Below are positions 11,292-23,063 of a DNA stretch of 32,000 bases, piece after piece. Positions within the stretch are counted from its first letter, which is position 1. Each line of letters opens with the position of its first letter. The stretch is from Dickeya dadantii NCPPB 898 (GTDB lineage Bacteria; Pseudomonadota; Gammaproteobacteria; Enterobacterales; Enterobacteriaceae), in NCBI RefSeq assembly GCF_000406145.1, contig NZ_CM001976.1:1147263-1179262 (forward strand). The letters are read 5' to 3'. The notes under the pieces were generated by a model, which ran no database searches, was not told the origin of the DNA, and saw only the letters and a program-made list of their open reading frames with translations. The position numbers and the translations under genes were made by a program.

Positions 11292-11326
11292 ACTTTAGCG
11301 CAAGTCACCTCAATCGAACCTAAACC
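11292..11326 (-). promoter_or_regulatory. Candidate PhoP box and -10 of the mgtA promoter
   Basis: Minus strand reads GGTTTA-ggttc-GATTGA (11326-11310), then a 12-nt spacer, then TAAAGT (11297-11292). The first half-site is perfect and the second matches 4/6 of (T/G)GTTTA. Spacing to the -10 resembles the E. coli mgtA promoter. Confidence 0.3.
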
Positions 11327-11398
11327 GCGGTGAGGTCGGCGGGGAAAAACAGCGTCATGTCGGGATTTGGGTTATAGACGAAATTCGGGGTAAACTAG

Positions 11399-11881
<483 letters not shown>

Positions 11882-11945
11882 CGGCGCGTCGGTTTTTACC
11901 TATCGCGCTTTCCCTATATGGTTCTGAATCCAGGATAAGCACCGG

Positions 11946-13058
11946 ATGGCTACATATTCTGATGAGTTTTACATGGCCCGCGCGCTGGAACTTGCTCGCC
12001 GCGGGCGCTTCACAACGTCGCCGAACCCGAACGTCGGGTGCGTGATCGTCAGAGATGACGAGATCGTGGGGGAAGGGTATCACCAGAAAGCGGGCGAACC
12101 GCATGCGGAAGTGCATGCGTTGCGCATGGCGGGTGACAAGGCGCGCGGCGCCACGGCGTATGTGACGCTTGAACCGTGCAGTCATCACGGCCGCACGCCT
12201 CCGTGCGCCGATGCGCTGCTCGCGGCCGGCGTGGCGCGGGTCGTGGCGGCGATGCAGGACCCGAATCCGCAGGTGGCGGGGCGTGGCCTGCACCGCTTGC
12301 AGCAAGCCGGCATCGAGGTGCGTCACAGCGTGTTGATGGAACAGGCGGAAAAAATTAACCGCGGCTTTCTGAAACGGATGCGCACCGGTTTCCCTTATGT
12401 GCAGCTTAAACTCGGCGCCTCACTGGATGGCCGTACGGCGATGGCGTCCGGTGAAAGCCAGTGGATCACCTCGCCGCAGTCACGCCAGGATGTACAGCGT
12501 TTCCGGGCGCAGAGTTCGGCGATCCTCAGCAGCAGCGCCACCGTGCTGGCGGATGATCCGTCGCTGACCGTACGCTGGTCGGAACTGGATGCGGATACCC
12601 AGCGATTCTATCCTGAAAGCGCCGTGCGCCAGCCGGTGCGCGTGGTTGTCGATAGCCAGTCGCGCGTGACTCCGCAGCATCGTCTGATAAGCCAGCCGGG
12701 GCAAACCTGGCTGGCGCGTCCGCGTCAGGATGGTCAGCCATGGCCGGACGGCGTGGAGCAACTGGATATGCCGCTGCACGGCGGCGGCATCGATCTGGTC
12801 GCGCTGATGATGACGCTGGGCAAACGCCAGATCAATACGGTGTGGGTGGAAGCGGGCCCCCGTCTGGCAGGCGCGTTGCTGCAGGCCGGCGTGGTGGATG
12901 AACTGATTGTTTATCTCGCGCCCAAATTATTGGGGGACGCGGCCCGGCCGCTGTGCGTGCTGCCGGGATTGGAACAGCTGTCGCAGGCGCCCGCGTTTGC
13001 GATGACGGACGTCTGTCAGGTGGGGCCGGATCTCCGCCTGACGCTGAAGCCGCAATAA
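11946..13058 (+). CDS. ribD: Bifunctional diaminohydroxyphosphoribosylaminopyrimidine deaminase / 5-amino-6-(5-phosphoribosylamino)uracil reductase
   Basis: 370 aa with deaminase motifs HAEVHAL and PCSHHGRTPPC. Collinear with E. coli RibD. Confidence 0.95.
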   Translation: MATYSDEFYMARALELARRGRFTTSPNPNVGCVIVRDDEIVGEGYHQKAGEPHAEVHALRMAGDKARGATAYVTLEPCSHHGRTPPCADALLAAGVARVVAAMQDPNPQVAGRGLHRLQQAGIEVRHSVLMEQAEKINRGFLKRMRTGFPYVQLKLGASLDGRTAMASGESQWITSPQSRQDVQRFRAQSSAILSSSATVLADDPSLTVRWSELDADTQRFYPESAVRQPVRVVVDSQSRVTPQHRLISQPGQTWLARPRQDGQPWPDGVEQLDMPLHGGGIDLVALMMTLGKRQINTVWVEAGPRLAGALLQAGVVDELIVYLAPKLLGDAARPLCVLPGLEQLSQAPAFAMTDVCQVGPDLRLTLKPQ

Positions 13059-13129
13059 CACGCCTCTGTGCGTGCCGGGCGATGGATCTCCGCTACAGGG
13101 TCAAAAGCGGATACGCGCCCGGAAGAATA

Positions 13130-13138
13130 TGATAGAAT
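13130..13138 (+). promoter_or_regulatory. Candidate extended -10 (TGaTAGAAT) upstream of ribH-nusB
   Basis: TGnTAGAAT lies 41 nt upstream of the ribH ATG. No good -35 is seen. Confidence 0.3.
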
Positions 13139-13178
13139 CCGCCCCCCTGCGGGGTCGTAAAACAGTCAAAGGAAAGCT

Positions 13179-13652
<474 letters not shown>

Positions 13653-13674
13653 TTTATTTTGTAAGGGGTATTCC

Positions 13675-14094
13675 GTGAAACCTGCTGCTCGTCGCCGCGC
13701 TCGTGAATGTGCGGTTCAAGCGCTTTATTCCTGGCAGTTGTCCAAAAACGATATTGCCGATGTTGAACTCCAGTTCCTGAGCGAGCAGGATGTCAAAGGC
13801 GTGGACATCGCCTATTTCCGCGAGTTGCTGGCGGGCGTTGCCACCCAGGCGGAAAAGCTGGATGCCCAGATGGCGCCGTATCTTTCCCGTCAACTGGACG
13901 AACTCGGTCAGGTGGAGAGAGCCATTCTGCGTCTGGCGGTGTATGAGCTCAGCAAGCGCGAGGATGTGCCTTACAAGGTTGCCATCAACGAAGCGATTGA
14001 GCTGGCTAAAGTGTTTGGCGCCGAAGACAGCCACAAGTTCGTTAACGGTGTGCTGGACAAGGCCGGGCCCCATCTGCGGCCGGGCAAAAAATAA
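13675..14094 (+). CDS. nusB: Transcription antitermination factor NusB
   Basis: Homology to E. coli NusB starts at (V)[23 protein letters not shown] at 13675 has AAGGGG upstream. The ORF-track ATG at 13624 overlaps the end of ribH and is rejected. Confidence 0.92.
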   Translation: MKPAARRRARECAVQALYSWQLSKNDIADVELQFLSEQDVKGVDIAYFRELLAGVATQAEKLDAQMAPYLSRQLDELGQVERAILRLAVYELSKREDVPYKVAINEAIELAKVFGAEDSHKFVNGVLDKAGPHLRPGKK

Positions 14095-14101
14095 GTCAGT
14101 C

Positions 14102-14130
14102 AGGGCCGGTTTTCCGGCCTTGGTTTTTTT
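14102..14130 (+). terminator. Terminator-like hairpin after nusB
   Basis: Stem GGCCGG/CCGGCC, loop TTTT, followed by TTGGTTTTTTT. Confidence 0.6.
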
Positions 14131-14154
14131 AGGTTACCACGATCTGGAAAGATT

Positions 14155-15129
14155 ATGGCTCAAGGTGAGTTTGATGTGATTGCCCGCTATTTCAACCGGG
14201 TGGGCTATTCACGGCGGGATGTGGAACTGGGGATCGGCGATGACTGCGCCCTGCTGAACATTCCGGACAAACAGTTGCTGGCGGTCAGCACGGACACGCT
14301 GGTGTCCGGTATTCATTTTCTACCCGACATCGATCCGGCCGATCTGGCGTACAAGTCTCTGGCGGTCAATCTGAGCGACTTGGCCGCGATGGGCGCCGAC
14401 CCCGCCTTTGTCTCACTGGCGCTCACTTTACCTGCTATTGATGCCGACTGGCTGGCCGCCTACAGCGACAGCCTGTTTGAACAGTTGGCGTACTACGATA
14501 TGCAACTGATCGGCGGCGACACCACGCGTGGGCCGCTCAGCATGACGCTGACTATTCAGGGGCTGGTGCCGGCAGGCCGAGCGCTGAAACGCAGCGGAGC
14601 GCGCGTCGGCGACTGGATTTACGTGACCGGAACGCTGGGCGACAGCGCCGCTGGCTTAGCTGTTTTGCAGGAACGGCTGCAGGTGCCTGACGCGGACGAT
14701 CGTCAATGGCTGCTGCAACGCCATTTGCGTCCTCAGCCCCGTATTCTGCACGGGCAGGCGCTGCGCGATCTGGCCAGTTCGGCTATCGACCTGTCTGACG
14801 GGTTGGCGTCTGATCTGGGGCATATTCTCAAGGCCAGCGATTGCGGCGCGCGCATCAATCTGGATGCGCTGCCGTATTCCAACGCGTTGCTGCGTCATGA
14901 CGACCCGGAACAGGCGATGCGCTGGGCGCTGAGCGGGGGTGAAGATTATGAATTGTGCTTTACCGTACCGGAGCTGAACCGGGGGGCGCTGGAGGTGGCG
15001 ATCGGTCATCTGGGCGCCCGCTATACCTGCATTGGTCAGATTGGGCCGGCCTCTGAAGGGCTGAGCTTCCTCCGTTCAGGGCAACCGGTGACGATCAATC
15101 TGAAAGGGTATGACCATTTTGGCGCATGA
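14155..15129 (+). CDS. thiL: Thiamine-monophosphate kinase
   Basis: 324 aa, collinear with E. coli ThiL (GIGDDCALL..., [22 protein letters not shown]). Confidence 0.95.
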   Translation: MAQGEFDVIARYFNRVGYSRRDVELGIGDDCALLNIPDKQLLAVSTDTLVSGIHFLPDIDPADLAYKSLAVNLSDLAAMGADPAFVSLALTLPAIDADWLAAYSDSLFEQLAYYDMQLIGGDTTRGPLSMTLTIQGLVPAGRALKRSGARVGDWIYVTGTLGDSAAGLAVLQERLQVPDADDRQWLLQRHLRPQPRILHGQALRDLASSAIDLSDGLASDLGHILKASDCGARINLDALPYSNALLRHDDPEQAMRWALSGGEDYELCFTVPELNRGALEVAIGHLGARYTCIGQIGPASEGLSFLRSGQPVTINLKGYDHFGA

Positions 15130-15622
15130 GAACAAAGGATCTTTAGTTGCCAAAAGCCGCCTGCGGATGAGCAATCCGTGGCATTTGCTGGCGACCGGAT
15201 TCGGCAGCGGTCTGTCGCCGTGGATGCCCGGCACCGCCGGCTCGCTGGCGGCTATCCCGGTGTGGTATCTGTTGATGCTGTTGCCGTTGCAGCTCTATTC
15301 GCTGTTGGTGATGCTCAGTATCTGCATCGGCGTTTATCTGTGTCATCGCACTGCCAAAGACATGGGCGTGCATGACCACGGCAGCATCGTCTGGGACGAG
15401 TTTGTCGGAATGTGGATCACGTTGATGGCGGTGCCTTCGAGCCACTGGGGATGGGTAGCTGCCGGGTTTGTGATTTTCCGGGTTCTGGACATTTTCAAGC
15501 CCTGGCCGATTCGCTGGTTTGATCGCAATGTGCATGGCGGCATGGGTATTATGGTCGACGATATCGTTGCCGGGGTGATTTCCGCCGCGGTTTTGTACGT
15601 CGTCGGGCACTATGTGATATAG
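15110..15622 (+). CDS. pgpA: Phosphatidylglycerophosphatase A
   Basis: 170 aa starting MTIL..., collinear with E. coli PgpA. Overlaps the thiL 3' end by 20 nt; as I recall, E. coli has a similar overlap. Confidence 0.94.
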   Translation: MTILAHENKGSLVAKSRLRMSNPWHLLATGFGSGLSPWMPGTAGSLAAIPVWYLLMLLPLQLYSLLVMLSICIGVYLCHRTAKDMGVHDHGSIVWDEFVGMWITLMAVPSSHWGWVAAGFVIFRVLDIFKPWPIRWFDRNVHGGMGIMVDDIVAGVISAAVLYVVGHYVI

Positions 15623-15679
15623 CGGCTGCAAGCAACAGCGCGACTATTTTGTTTGTGGCTGTAAAAATACTGCTGCTAT

Positions 15680-15707
15680 AAAAAAACCGGGGAAGCCCGG
15701 TTTTTTT
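15680..15707. terminator. Bidirectional Rho-independent terminator between pgpA and dxs
   Basis: A7 - CCGGG gaag CCCGG - T7. This can terminate both convergent transcripts. Confidence 0.8.
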
Positions 15708-15729
15708 ATACCCGTCCGATTGGCGCCGG

Positions 15730-17592
15730 TCAGGCCAGCCAGTCGCGGATGCGGCGTTCAATGCCTGCCGCGTCCAGCGCCAGATCGGCACGGATTTCCG
15801 TCTGGGTGCCCTGCGGAATAAAGTAGTCCGGCAGGCCAAGGTTGAGCACCGGCACCGGCAGGCGTTGCGCCATCAGATATTCGTTCACGCCGCTGCCTGC
15901 GCCGCCCATAACGGCATTCTCTTCCAGGGTGACCAGCACGTCATGGCTGGCGGCCAGCGAGGCGATTAGCGCTTCGTCCAACGGTTTGACAAATCGCATA
16001 TCCGCCAGCGTCGCGTTGAGCGCCTCGGCCGCCTGTTGCGCTTCCGACAGCAGGGTGCCGAAATTCAGAATGGCGATCTTCTCGCCCTGACGTTTTATTA
16101 CCCCTTTGCCGATGGGCAGGGTTTCCAGCGGCGTCAGTTCTACACCCAGCACGTTGCCGCGTGGGTAGCGTACCGCACAGGGTCCTTGCTGATAGTGATA
16201 ACCGGTATGCAGCATCAGTCGGCACTCGTTTTCGTCGCTGGGCGTCATGATCACCATTTGCGGGATGCAACGCAGGAACGAAAGGTCAAACGCGCCCTGA
16301 TGGGTCTGACCATCGGCGCCGACGATGCCGCCGCGATCGATGGCGAACAGCACCGGTAGGTTCTGGATGGCGACGTCATGAATCACCTGGTCATAGGCGC
16401 GTTGCAGGAAGGTGGAGTAAATCGCCACCACCGGGCGATAACCGCCGATTGCCAGCCCGGCGGCAAAGGTCACCGCATGTTGCTCGGCGATGGCGACATC
16501 GAAGTATTGCTGCGGGTATTCACGTGAAAACGCCACCATGCCGGAGCCTTCACGCATGGCCGGGGTAATCGCCATCAGCCGGTTATCCGTCGCTGCCGTT
16601 TCCTTCAGCCACTGGCCGAAAATCGCGGAGTAGGTAGGCAACGCCTCTTTGCTTTTCGGCAACGTACCGCTGGCCGGATCGAATTTCGGCACCGCATGCC
16701 AGCTGATCGGGTCCTGTTCGGCCGGCGCATAGCCTTTGCCTTTCTTGGTCATTATATGCAGCAGTTGCGGGCCTTTCAGGCTGCGCATATTTTTCAGCGT
16801 TTGTACCAGTGACTGCACGTCATGGCCATCCACCGGGCCAATATAGTTGAACCCCAACTCTTCAAACAGCGTACCGGGCACTACCATGCCTTTCAGGTGC
16901 TCTTCGGTACGTTTGACCAGTTCCTTGATGGGCGGCAGGCCGGACAGCACTTTTTTGCCGCCTTCGCGCAGGGTGGAGTAGAGCTTGCCGGACAGCAGTT
17001 GCGCCAGATGATTATTCAGCGCGCCGACGTTTTCGGAAATCGACATTTCATTGTCGTTCAGCACTACCAGCATGTCCGGTTTGATGTCGCCGGCGTGGTT
17101 CATGGCTTCAAACGCCATGCCCGCGGTGATGGCGCCGTCGCCGATCACGCAGACAGTTCGGCGGCCCTGTCCTTCACGCTCGGCGGCCACCGCCATACCG
17201 ATGCCGGCGCTGATGGACGTCGAGGAATGGCCGACGCTCAGCACGTCGTACTCGCTCTCGCCGCGCCAGGGAAACGGATGCAGGCCGCCTTTCTGACGGA
17301 TGGTAGCGATGCGGTCGCGTCGTTCGGTCAGGATTTTGTGGGGGTAGGCCTGATGGCCCACATCCCATACCAGATGGTCGAACGGGGTGTTATAGACGTA
17401 ATGCAATGCTACGGTCAGCTCGACCGTACCCAGACCCGAGGCAAAATGCCCGCTTGAGCGGCTGACGCTGTCCAGCAGATACTGTCGCAGCTCGTCGCAC
17501 AATTTGGGCAGGCTTTCCCTTGGCAGCAGGCGCAGTTCCTCGGGGTTTTCCACCAGCGCCAGCGTGGGGTATTTCGCTATATCAAAGGTCAT
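15730..17592 (-). CDS. dxs: 1-deoxy-D-xylulose-5-phosphate synthase
   Basis: 620 aa with ThDP motif [18 protein letters not shown]. Collinear with E. coli Dxs. Confidence 0.97.
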   Translation of the reverse strand: MTFDIAKYPTLALVENPEELRLLPRESLPKLCDELRQYLLDSVSRSSGHFASGLGTVELTVALHYVYNTPFDHLVWDVGHQAYPHKILTERRDRIATIRQKGGLHPFPWRGESEYDVLSVGHSSTSISAGIGMAVAAEREGQGRRTVCVIGDGAITAGMAFEAMNHAGDIKPDMLVVLNDNEMSISENVGALNNHLAQLLSGKLYSTLREGGKKVLSGLPPIKELVKRTEEHLKGMVVPGTLFEELGFNYIGPVDGHDVQSLVQTLKNMRSLKGPQLLHIMTKKGKGYAPAEQDPISWHAVPKFDPASGTLPKSKEALPTYSAIFGQWLKETAATDNRLMAITPAMREGSGMVAFSREYPQQYFDVAIAEQHAVTFAAGLAIGGYRPVVAIYSTFLQRAYDQVIHDVAIQNLPVLFAIDRGGIVGADGQTHQGAFDLSFLRCIPQMVIMTPSDENECRLMLHTGYHYQQGPCAVRYPRGNVLGVELTPLETLPIGKGVIKRQGEKIAILNFGTLLSEAQQAAEALNATLADMRFVKPLDEALIASLAASHDVLVTLEENAVMGGAGSGVNEYLMAQRLPVPVLNLGLPDYFIPQGTQTEIRADLALDAAGIERRIRDWLA

Positions 17593-17625
17593 CGGATACT
17601 CATCAAGCGGTATTTGATATTAAAA

Positions 17626-18537
17626 TTATTTATCGCGTTCAACGACATAGTTCGCCAGCGACCGTAATGGCGCAATGGCGGCCGGGTTGTCCAGCGTGTC
17701 TTCCAGTTCATTCAGCGCCGAGAGGGATTCCTGACACAGTTCCCGGGCTTTGATTTTGGCTTGCTCAAGTCCCAGCAGGGCTGGGTAGGTGCTTTTACCG
17801 AGTTGCTGGTCGGCGCCCTGACGTTTGCCGGTGGTAGCGCTGTCGCCAATCACATCCAGAATATCGTCCTGCACCTGAAAGGCCAGCCCGACAGCGTTGG
17901 CATAGCGGTCGAGACAAGGCAGGGCGAGGCGTCCGCGTTCGCCGGCGGCCAGCGCCCCCAGCCGTACCGAGGCCCGAATCAGCGCACCGGTTTTATGACG
18001 GTGGATGCGCTCCAGCGCCAGCAGATCAACCTGATGACCTTCCGCTTCCAGATCCAGCGCCTGACCGCCGCACATGCCCGCCACGCCGCTGGCGCTGGCT
18101 AGCTCGGAGATCATCGCCAGCCGATCGCGGTCGCTGACTTCCGGCATCGGCGCATCCGCCAGAATGGAGAACGCCAGCGTCTGTAAGGCATCGCCCGCCA
18201 GAATCGCCTTATCCTCGCCGAATCTGACATGGCAGGTAGGCTGGCCGCGCCGCAGATCGTCATCATCCATGGCCGGTAAATCATCGTGAATCAGGGAATA
18301 GGCATGAATGCATTCGACAGCGGCGGCCGGCGCGTCGAGGTTATCCTGCGAGATACCGAACAACTGGCCGGTGGTATAGACCAGAAAAGGGCGCAGACGC
18401 TTGCCCCCCAACAATGCCCCGTGCGCCATCGCTTCCACCAGTGGACTACTCTGAAAAGGCAGGGTGGAAATAAACTGGTTGAGCGTGGCGTTGATGCGTT
18501 GATGGTGAGCTGTGAGCTGCTTGAGAAAATCTGTCAT
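17626..18537 (-). CDS. ispA: (2E,6E)-farnesyl diphosphate synthase
   Basis: 303 aa with Asp-rich motifs [16 protein letters not shown] and FQVQDDILD. The ATG overlaps the xseB TGA (ATGA). Confidence 0.95.
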   Translation of the reverse strand: MTDFLKQLTAHHQRINATLNQFISTLPFQSSPLVEAMAHGALLGGKRLRPFLVYTTGQLFGISQDNLDAPAAAVECIHAYSLIHDDLPAMDDDDLRRGQPTCHVRFGEDKAILAGDALQTLAFSILADAPMPEVSDRDRLAMISELASASGVAGMCGGQALDLEAEGHQVDLLALERIHRHKTGALIRASVRLGALAAGERGRLALPCLDRYANAVGLAFQVQDDILDVIGDSATTGKRQGADQQLGKSTYPALLGLEQAKIKARELCQESLSALNELEDTLDNPAAIAPLRSLANYVVERDK

Positions 18538-18782
18538 AACGACTCATTATCCGGCGTAAAAGGTGTCAGGGCAGCATCGGGATCGTCATTCAGCAGAATC
18601 TGAACGCGCTGCTCGGCCTGCTGCAATTTCAATTGCCCCTGACGGGCAAGCTGGACACCCTGCTCAAAGGCGTTCAGCGCCTCTTCCAGCGGCAGTTCGC
18701 CCGATTCCAGACGCGACACGATCTGTTCCAGTTCGGCGAGCGAGCTTTCAAAGCTGACGGGTTGTTCAGTTTTTTTCGGCAT
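18534..18782 (-). CDS. xseB: Exodeoxyribonuclease VII small subunit
   Basis: Homology to E. coli XseB begins at [12 protein letters not shown] (ATG 18782). The 16 upstream codons of the ORF-track entry are trimmed. Confidence 0.92.
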   Translation of the reverse strand: MPKKTEQPVSFESSLAELEQIVSRLESGELPLEEALNAFEQGVQLARQGQLKLQQAEQRVQILLNDDPDAALTPFTPDNESL

Positions 18783-18901
18783 ATTCGTTTCCGGATCTTG
18801 TTTATACGCGCCTGTCGGCGCCGACGCCACCGGATTGTCACGGCAAGCGCCTCAATGGTGCGCAATTATGCGCTTAATCTGCGCAGCTTACCGCAATATG
18901 G

Positions 18902-18910
18902 TGGTATACT
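18902..18910 (+). promoter_or_regulatory. Candidate extended -10 promoter (TGgTATACT) for thiI
   Basis: TGnTATACT lies about 140 nt upstream of the thiI ATG. The -35 is poor. Confidence 0.35.
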
Positions 18911-19048
18911 CCGCGCCCTGGATGCTATTGGTAACGCCACCCGGACAAGGATGGTTTTACCGATAACGTAATTTTAGCGCTCAGGGTACCCGCGTTTTGT
19001 CCGCGTACCCGTGTTTTACGCCTTCAGAATCAACTAACGATAGCCGCC

Positions 19049-20497
19049 ATGAAGTTTATCATTAAATTGTTCCCGGAAATCACCATCAAGAGCCAATCTG
19101 TGCGATTGCGCTTTATAAAAATTCTTACCGGTAACATCCGTAACGTTTTAAAACAGTATGATGAAACGCTGGCGGTTGTCCGTCACTGGGATCATATCGA
19201 CGTTCGCGCCAAAGACGAAAGTCAACGTATCGCGATACGGGATGCGCTGACGCGTATCCCAGGCATTCACCATATTCTTGACGTGGAAGAGTGCGACTAC
19301 ACCGATGTCCACCATATTTTTGAACAAACGCTGACCACCTACCGCGAGCAACTAGAGGGAAAAACCTTCTGTGTGCGGGTGAAGCGTCGCGGCAAGCACG
19401 ATTTCAGCTCCCAGGATGTGGAACGCTACGTCGGCGGTGGACTGAATCAACATATCGAGAGCGCGCGCGTTAATCTGACCGCTCCGCAGGTTACGGTGCA
19501 TCTGGAAATCGAACAGGATCGCCTGCTGCTGATCAAGGGGCGCTATGAAGGCATCGGCGGTTTCCCGATCGGCACGCAGGAAGACGTGTTGTCGCTGATC
19601 TCCGGCGGATTCGACTCCGGTGTTTCCAGCTACATGCTGATGCGCCGCGGCTGCCGGGTGCACTACTGCTTCTTCAATCTTGGCGGTGCCGCGCACGAAA
19701 TCGGCGTGCGTCAGGTAGCGCATTACCTGTGGAACCGTTTCGGCAGTTCGCACCGGGTGCGTTTTGTCGCCATTGATTTCGAACCGGTGGTCGGTGAAAT
19801 CCTGGAGAAGGTGGACGACGGCCAGATGGGTGTGGTGCTCAAACGCATGATGGTGCGGGCGGCGTCGCGCATTGCCGAACGCTATGGCGTGCAGGCGCTG
19901 GTAACCGGCGAAGCGTTGGGGCAGGTTTCCAGCCAGACGCTGACCAACCTGCGACTGATCGATAATGCTTCGGATACGCTGATTCTGCGTCCGCTGATTT
20001 CTCACGATAAAGAGCATATCATCCGTATGGCGCGTGAGCTTGGCACCGAGGATTTCGCCAAAACCATGCCCGAATATTGCGGTGTGATCTCCAAAAGCCC
20101 GACGGTGAAGGCGGTGAAGGCCAAAATCGAGCATGAAGAAAGTCTGTTTGATTTCTCGATTCTTGATCGGGTGGTGGCGGAAGCGCGTAACATCGACATC
20201 CGTGAGATTGCCGAGCAGACTCAGCAGGATGTGACCGAAGTGGAAACGGTCGGCGCGTTTGCCGCGAGCGATATCCTGCTGGATATCCGTTCGCCGGATG
20301 AGCAGGATGAGCGCCCGCTGGCGCTGGAACAGGTGGAAATCAAATCGCTGCCGTTCTACAAGCTGGGAACGCAGTTTGGCGATCTGGATCAGAGCAAAAC
20401 CTACCTGCTGTATTGCGAGCGCGGGGTGATGAGTCGTTTGCAGGCGCTGTACCTGCGCGAGCAAGGGTTCAACAACGTCAAGGTGTATCGCCCCTAA
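19049..20497 (+). CDS. thiI: tRNA 4-thiouridine(8) synthase / thiazole sulfur carrier transferase
   Basis: 482 aa with THUMP domain, PP-loop SGGFDS and a C-terminal rhodanese Cys (LYCERG). Collinear with E. coli ThiI. Confidence 0.97.
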   Translation: MKFIIKLFPEITIKSQSVRLRFIKILTGNIRNVLKQYDETLAVVRHWDHIDVRAKDESQRIAIRDALTRIPGIHHILDVEECDYTDVHHIFEQTLTTYREQLEGKTFCVRVKRRGKHDFSSQDVERYVGGGLNQHIESARVNLTAPQVTVHLEIEQDRLLLIKGRYEGIGGFPIGTQEDVLSLISGGFDSGVSSYMLMRRGCRVHYCFFNLGGAAHEIGVRQVAHYLWNRFGSSHRVRFVAIDFEPVVGEILEKVDDGQMGVVLKRMMVRAASRIAERYGVQALVTGEALGQVSSQTLTNLRLIDNASDTLILRPLISHDKEHIIRMARELGTEDFAKTMPEYCGVISKSPTVKAVKAKIEHEESLFDFSILDRVVAEARNIDIREIAEQTQQDVTEVETVGAFAASDILLDIRSPDEQDERPLALEQVEIKSLPFYKLGTQFGDLDQSKTYLLYCERGVMSRLQALYLREQGFNNVKVYRP

Positions 20498-20521
20498 CCG
20501 GCCGTTCATGACGTGAACCAG

Positions 20522-20552
20522 AAAAAAAGCGCCTCATCCGGCGCTTTTTTTT
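20522..20552. terminator. Bidirectional terminator between thiI and yajL
   Basis: A7 - GCGCC tcatcc GGCGC - T8. Confidence 0.8.
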
Positions 20553-20563
20553 GTCTCTGTGCG

Positions 20564-21166
20564 TCAGGCCGGATCCTGATAGTCGTAGATTCCCGGCGGC
20601 AGCACCAGCTGCGCGGCGATTTCCGCTGCTTTATCTTTGCCCAGCAGCAGATCGATCAGCTTCAGCGCGAAGTCGATACTGGTACCGGGGCCCTGGCTGG
20701 TCAGCAGATTGACGCGCGGGTCGAACACCACGCGCTTTTCCAGCCATTTTTCCGGCGAAATCCGTTCTTTCAGCGTTGGGTAGCCGGTCATATTGCCGAC
20801 CGGAAACAACTGATGGTGCTCCAGCACCATTGCCGGAGACGCGCAGATCGCCGCCACGATTTTGCCTTCCTGATGGGTTTGCCGCAGGCGCTCAACCAGC
20901 AGCGGGCTGTCGCGGAAACATTCTGCGCCTTGCAGGCCGCCGGGCAGCACTACCGCGTCAAAGTCATGATCGGCAACGGCCACCAGCGGCGCGTCGGCAA
21001 TCAGCCTGACGCCGCGGGAGCAGGTGATTTCCGTGCTGCCATCGCTCGCCACGCTGGCCGTGGTCACGCGGATTCCTGCCCTGACCAGCAGATCGATGGT
21101 GGTCACGGCTTCGATTTCTTCGCTACCAGGTGCCAGACAGACCAGAACCGAGGTGGTCATACTCAT
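20564..21166 (-). CDS. yajL: DJ-1/PfpI family protein deglycase YajL
   Basis: 200 aa, collinear with E. coli YajL ([26 protein letters not shown] nucleophile elbow). The start could instead be the second Met (21160). Confidence 0.92.
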   Translation of the reverse strand: MSMTTSVLVCLAPGSEEIEAVTTIDLLVRAGIRVTTASVASDGSTEITCSRGVRLIADAPLVAVADHDFDAVVLPGGLQGAECFRDSPLLVERLRQTHQEGKIVAAICASPAMVLEHHQLFPVGNMTGYPTLKERISPEKWLEKRVVFDPRVNLLTSQGPGTSIDFALKLIDLLLGKDKAAEIAAQLVLPPGIYDYQDPA

Positions 21167-22043
21167 TCTCCTTTCGTTTGATATAGTCGAACAGGCGGCT
21201 GTTTTCCGGCAGGAATAACCCGTGAGCGCGGGCGCGGCGCAGCAGGTAACCGGTGATGTAGTCGATTTCCGTATGGCGCTGCGCCAGTACGTCCTGACGC
21301 ATCGAGGAGGTATTGGCCGCCGTGTTCTGGATGATTTGGTTTACGTAGAGCTGCAGGCTTTCCGACGAGGTATGGAAGCCTTCGCGGTCCATGACCTGTG
21401 CGACTTCCTGACAGAGTGCCTCAACCTGCTCCGGGTAGGCTTGCAATTCTCCGTTGGTGCACTGGTGCAACACAGTTAGCGGATTGATGACGCAATTGGC
21501 GGCCAGCTTTAACCAGCAGGTTGCGGTAATGTGGTTATGCCGGGCGACGTCAGGCAGGGCCTGATGCAGCGTCTCCGCCAGTTGGCTTTGCTCTTCTTCC
21601 CAGTGTGTCGAGCGGTCAAGCGTACCGATATGGGTGATGCCCGCCGCGATGTGCACTACCGTCGCCGGATCCCGCCGTGCGGCATGTGTGGTCACCCCCA
21701 GCAGCAGCGGCTGACTAATGGCCGGCAGTTCTTCCCAGGTTCCCATTCCATTGTGCAACAGCAAAATGGTGCAGTCGGGGCGTAAGCGGGGCAGCAGAGC
21801 GGAAACCGCATCGGATACCTGCCAGGCCTTTAGCGTGACCAGCAACAGCTCGCTCTGTGCCAGGTGTTCGGCGTTGTTGGCTGTTAGATTAAGGTTACAA
21901 CGCTCGCCTGAGAGCATCGTAACGTTAACCTGGCAGAACGCTTGCGGGATACGTAGCCAGCCTTGTACATCATGCCCTTGCCGGTGTAACGCATTGAGCC
22001 AGAGTTGACCGATGGCGCCACAGCCAAGAACAGTAATTTTCAT
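21123..22043 (-). CDS. panE: 2-dehydropantoate 2-reductase
   Basis: 306 aa, [15 protein letters not shown] Rossmann start. Collinear with E. coli PanE. The 3' end overlaps the yajL start by 44 nt. Confidence 0.95.
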   Translation of the reverse strand: MKITVLGCGAIGQLWLNALHRQGHDVQGWLRIPQAFCQVNVTMLSGERCNLNLTANNAEHLAQSELLLVTLKAWQVSDAVSALLPRLRPDCTILLLHNGMGTWEELPAISQPLLLGVTTHAARRDPATVVHIAAGITHIGTLDRSTHWEEEQSQLAETLHQALPDVARHNHITATCWLKLAANCVINPLTVLHQCTNGELQAYPEQVEALCQEVAQVMDREGFHTSSESLQLYVNQIIQNTAANTSSMRQDVLAQRHTEIDYITGYLLRRARAHGLFLPENSRLFDYIKRKENEYDHLGSGLSGTW

Positions 22044-22215
22044 CCGCGGTTTCCTTTATCGAGGGGAGCCAGCCTGTGCTTCTCCGGCTTATCATAAAGT
22101 ATTCCGCTGCCGTCCGCCCGCCGCTTGTTGCGCGAGTCGTTGGAAGCAGGGCGAATTTTGCTTATTTGGCGTGAGCGGGTATCATGCTCGGCAGCTATTG
22201 TCAGGAGAAAAAATT

Positions 22216-22707
22216 ATGCCATCTTTCGATATTGTTTCGGAAATCGATATGCAGGAAGTCCTCAATGCGGTGGAAAACGCCACCCGCGAGCTGGGCACCC
22301 GCTGGGACTTTCGTAATGTGCCGGCCAGCTTTGAGCTGAATGAAAAAGCACAAACGATCAAAGCGGCCAGCGAATCTGATTTTCAGGTTAAGCAATTAAT
22401 TGAAATTCTGCGGGAAAAGCTGGCAAAACGCGGAATTGAGGGCGGCTCGCTGGAAATCCCTGAAGAAATGGAGCACAGCGGTAAAACCTACAGCGTGGAA
22501 GCCAAGCTGAAACAGGGCATCGAAGCCACGTTGGCGAAGAAGATCGTCAAACTGATCAAAGACAGCAAGCTCAAGGTTCAGGCGCAGATTCAGGGCGAGC
22601 AGGTGCGCGTTACCGGGAAATCCCGCGATGACCTGCAAGGCGTGATCGCGCTGGTGCGCGGTGCCGGTCTGGGGCAACCCTTCCAGTTCAATAATTTCCG
22701 CGATTGA
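22216..22707 (+). CDS. yajQ: YajQ family nucleotide-binding protein
   Basis: Homology to E. coli YajQ starts at MPSFDIVSE (ATG 22216, AGGAGA at 22203-22208). The 68 upstream codons in the ORF track are spurious. Confidence 0.94.
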   Translation: MPSFDIVSEIDMQEVLNAVENATRELGTRWDFRNVPASFELNEKAQTIKAASESDFQVKQLIEILREKLAKRGIEGGSLEIPEEMEHSGKTYSVEAKLKQGIEATLAKKIVKLIKDSKLKVQAQIQGEQVRVTGKSRDDLQGVIALVRGAGLGQPFQFNNFRD

Positions 22708-22762
22708 TCCACGCTATTCCCGCTGCCGCTCATCCGTGGCGGAAATGCGTAGCTTGTGAATG

Positions 22763-22784
22763 AGGCGCCTGAGGCGCCTTTTTT
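22763..22784 (+). terminator. Rho-independent terminator after yajQ
   Basis: Stem AGGCGCC/GGCGCCT, loop TGA, followed by T6. Confidence 0.8.
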
Positions 22785-23063
22785 GGGCTGTGACCTTTCT
22801 GTTTTTACCTCGTAATGTAAAGTTTTCCTGGTTGTGCTGACAAAAAATAAATTACATTTCAAATCAATGCGATGAAAAATTAAATCGCTATTTTCAATAG
22901 CTTACATCACTGTAAGTACTTCACAGAAAGTAAGCGGTAACGGTAAAAAAGTACACGCATGCTCATTTAGGATTCAGCGGATATTTCGATCAGAAATGCA
23001 CCGTATTGTCTCGTGCATTGAGTGTGTCGAGCTTATTAAAAAAACTGTTTCCAGGAGAACATC

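Noticed and set aside
22898-22935. Possible ERIC/IRU element fragment (AGCTTACAT...TAAGTA...AAGTAAGC resembles the central ERIC core GAGCTTACATAAGTAAGTGAC).
   Set aside because: Only about 10-15 nt resemble the core. The flanking CCCCAGG/CTGGGG arms and the ~127-bp length are missing. It is more simply described as two short palindromes in an AT-rich promoter region.
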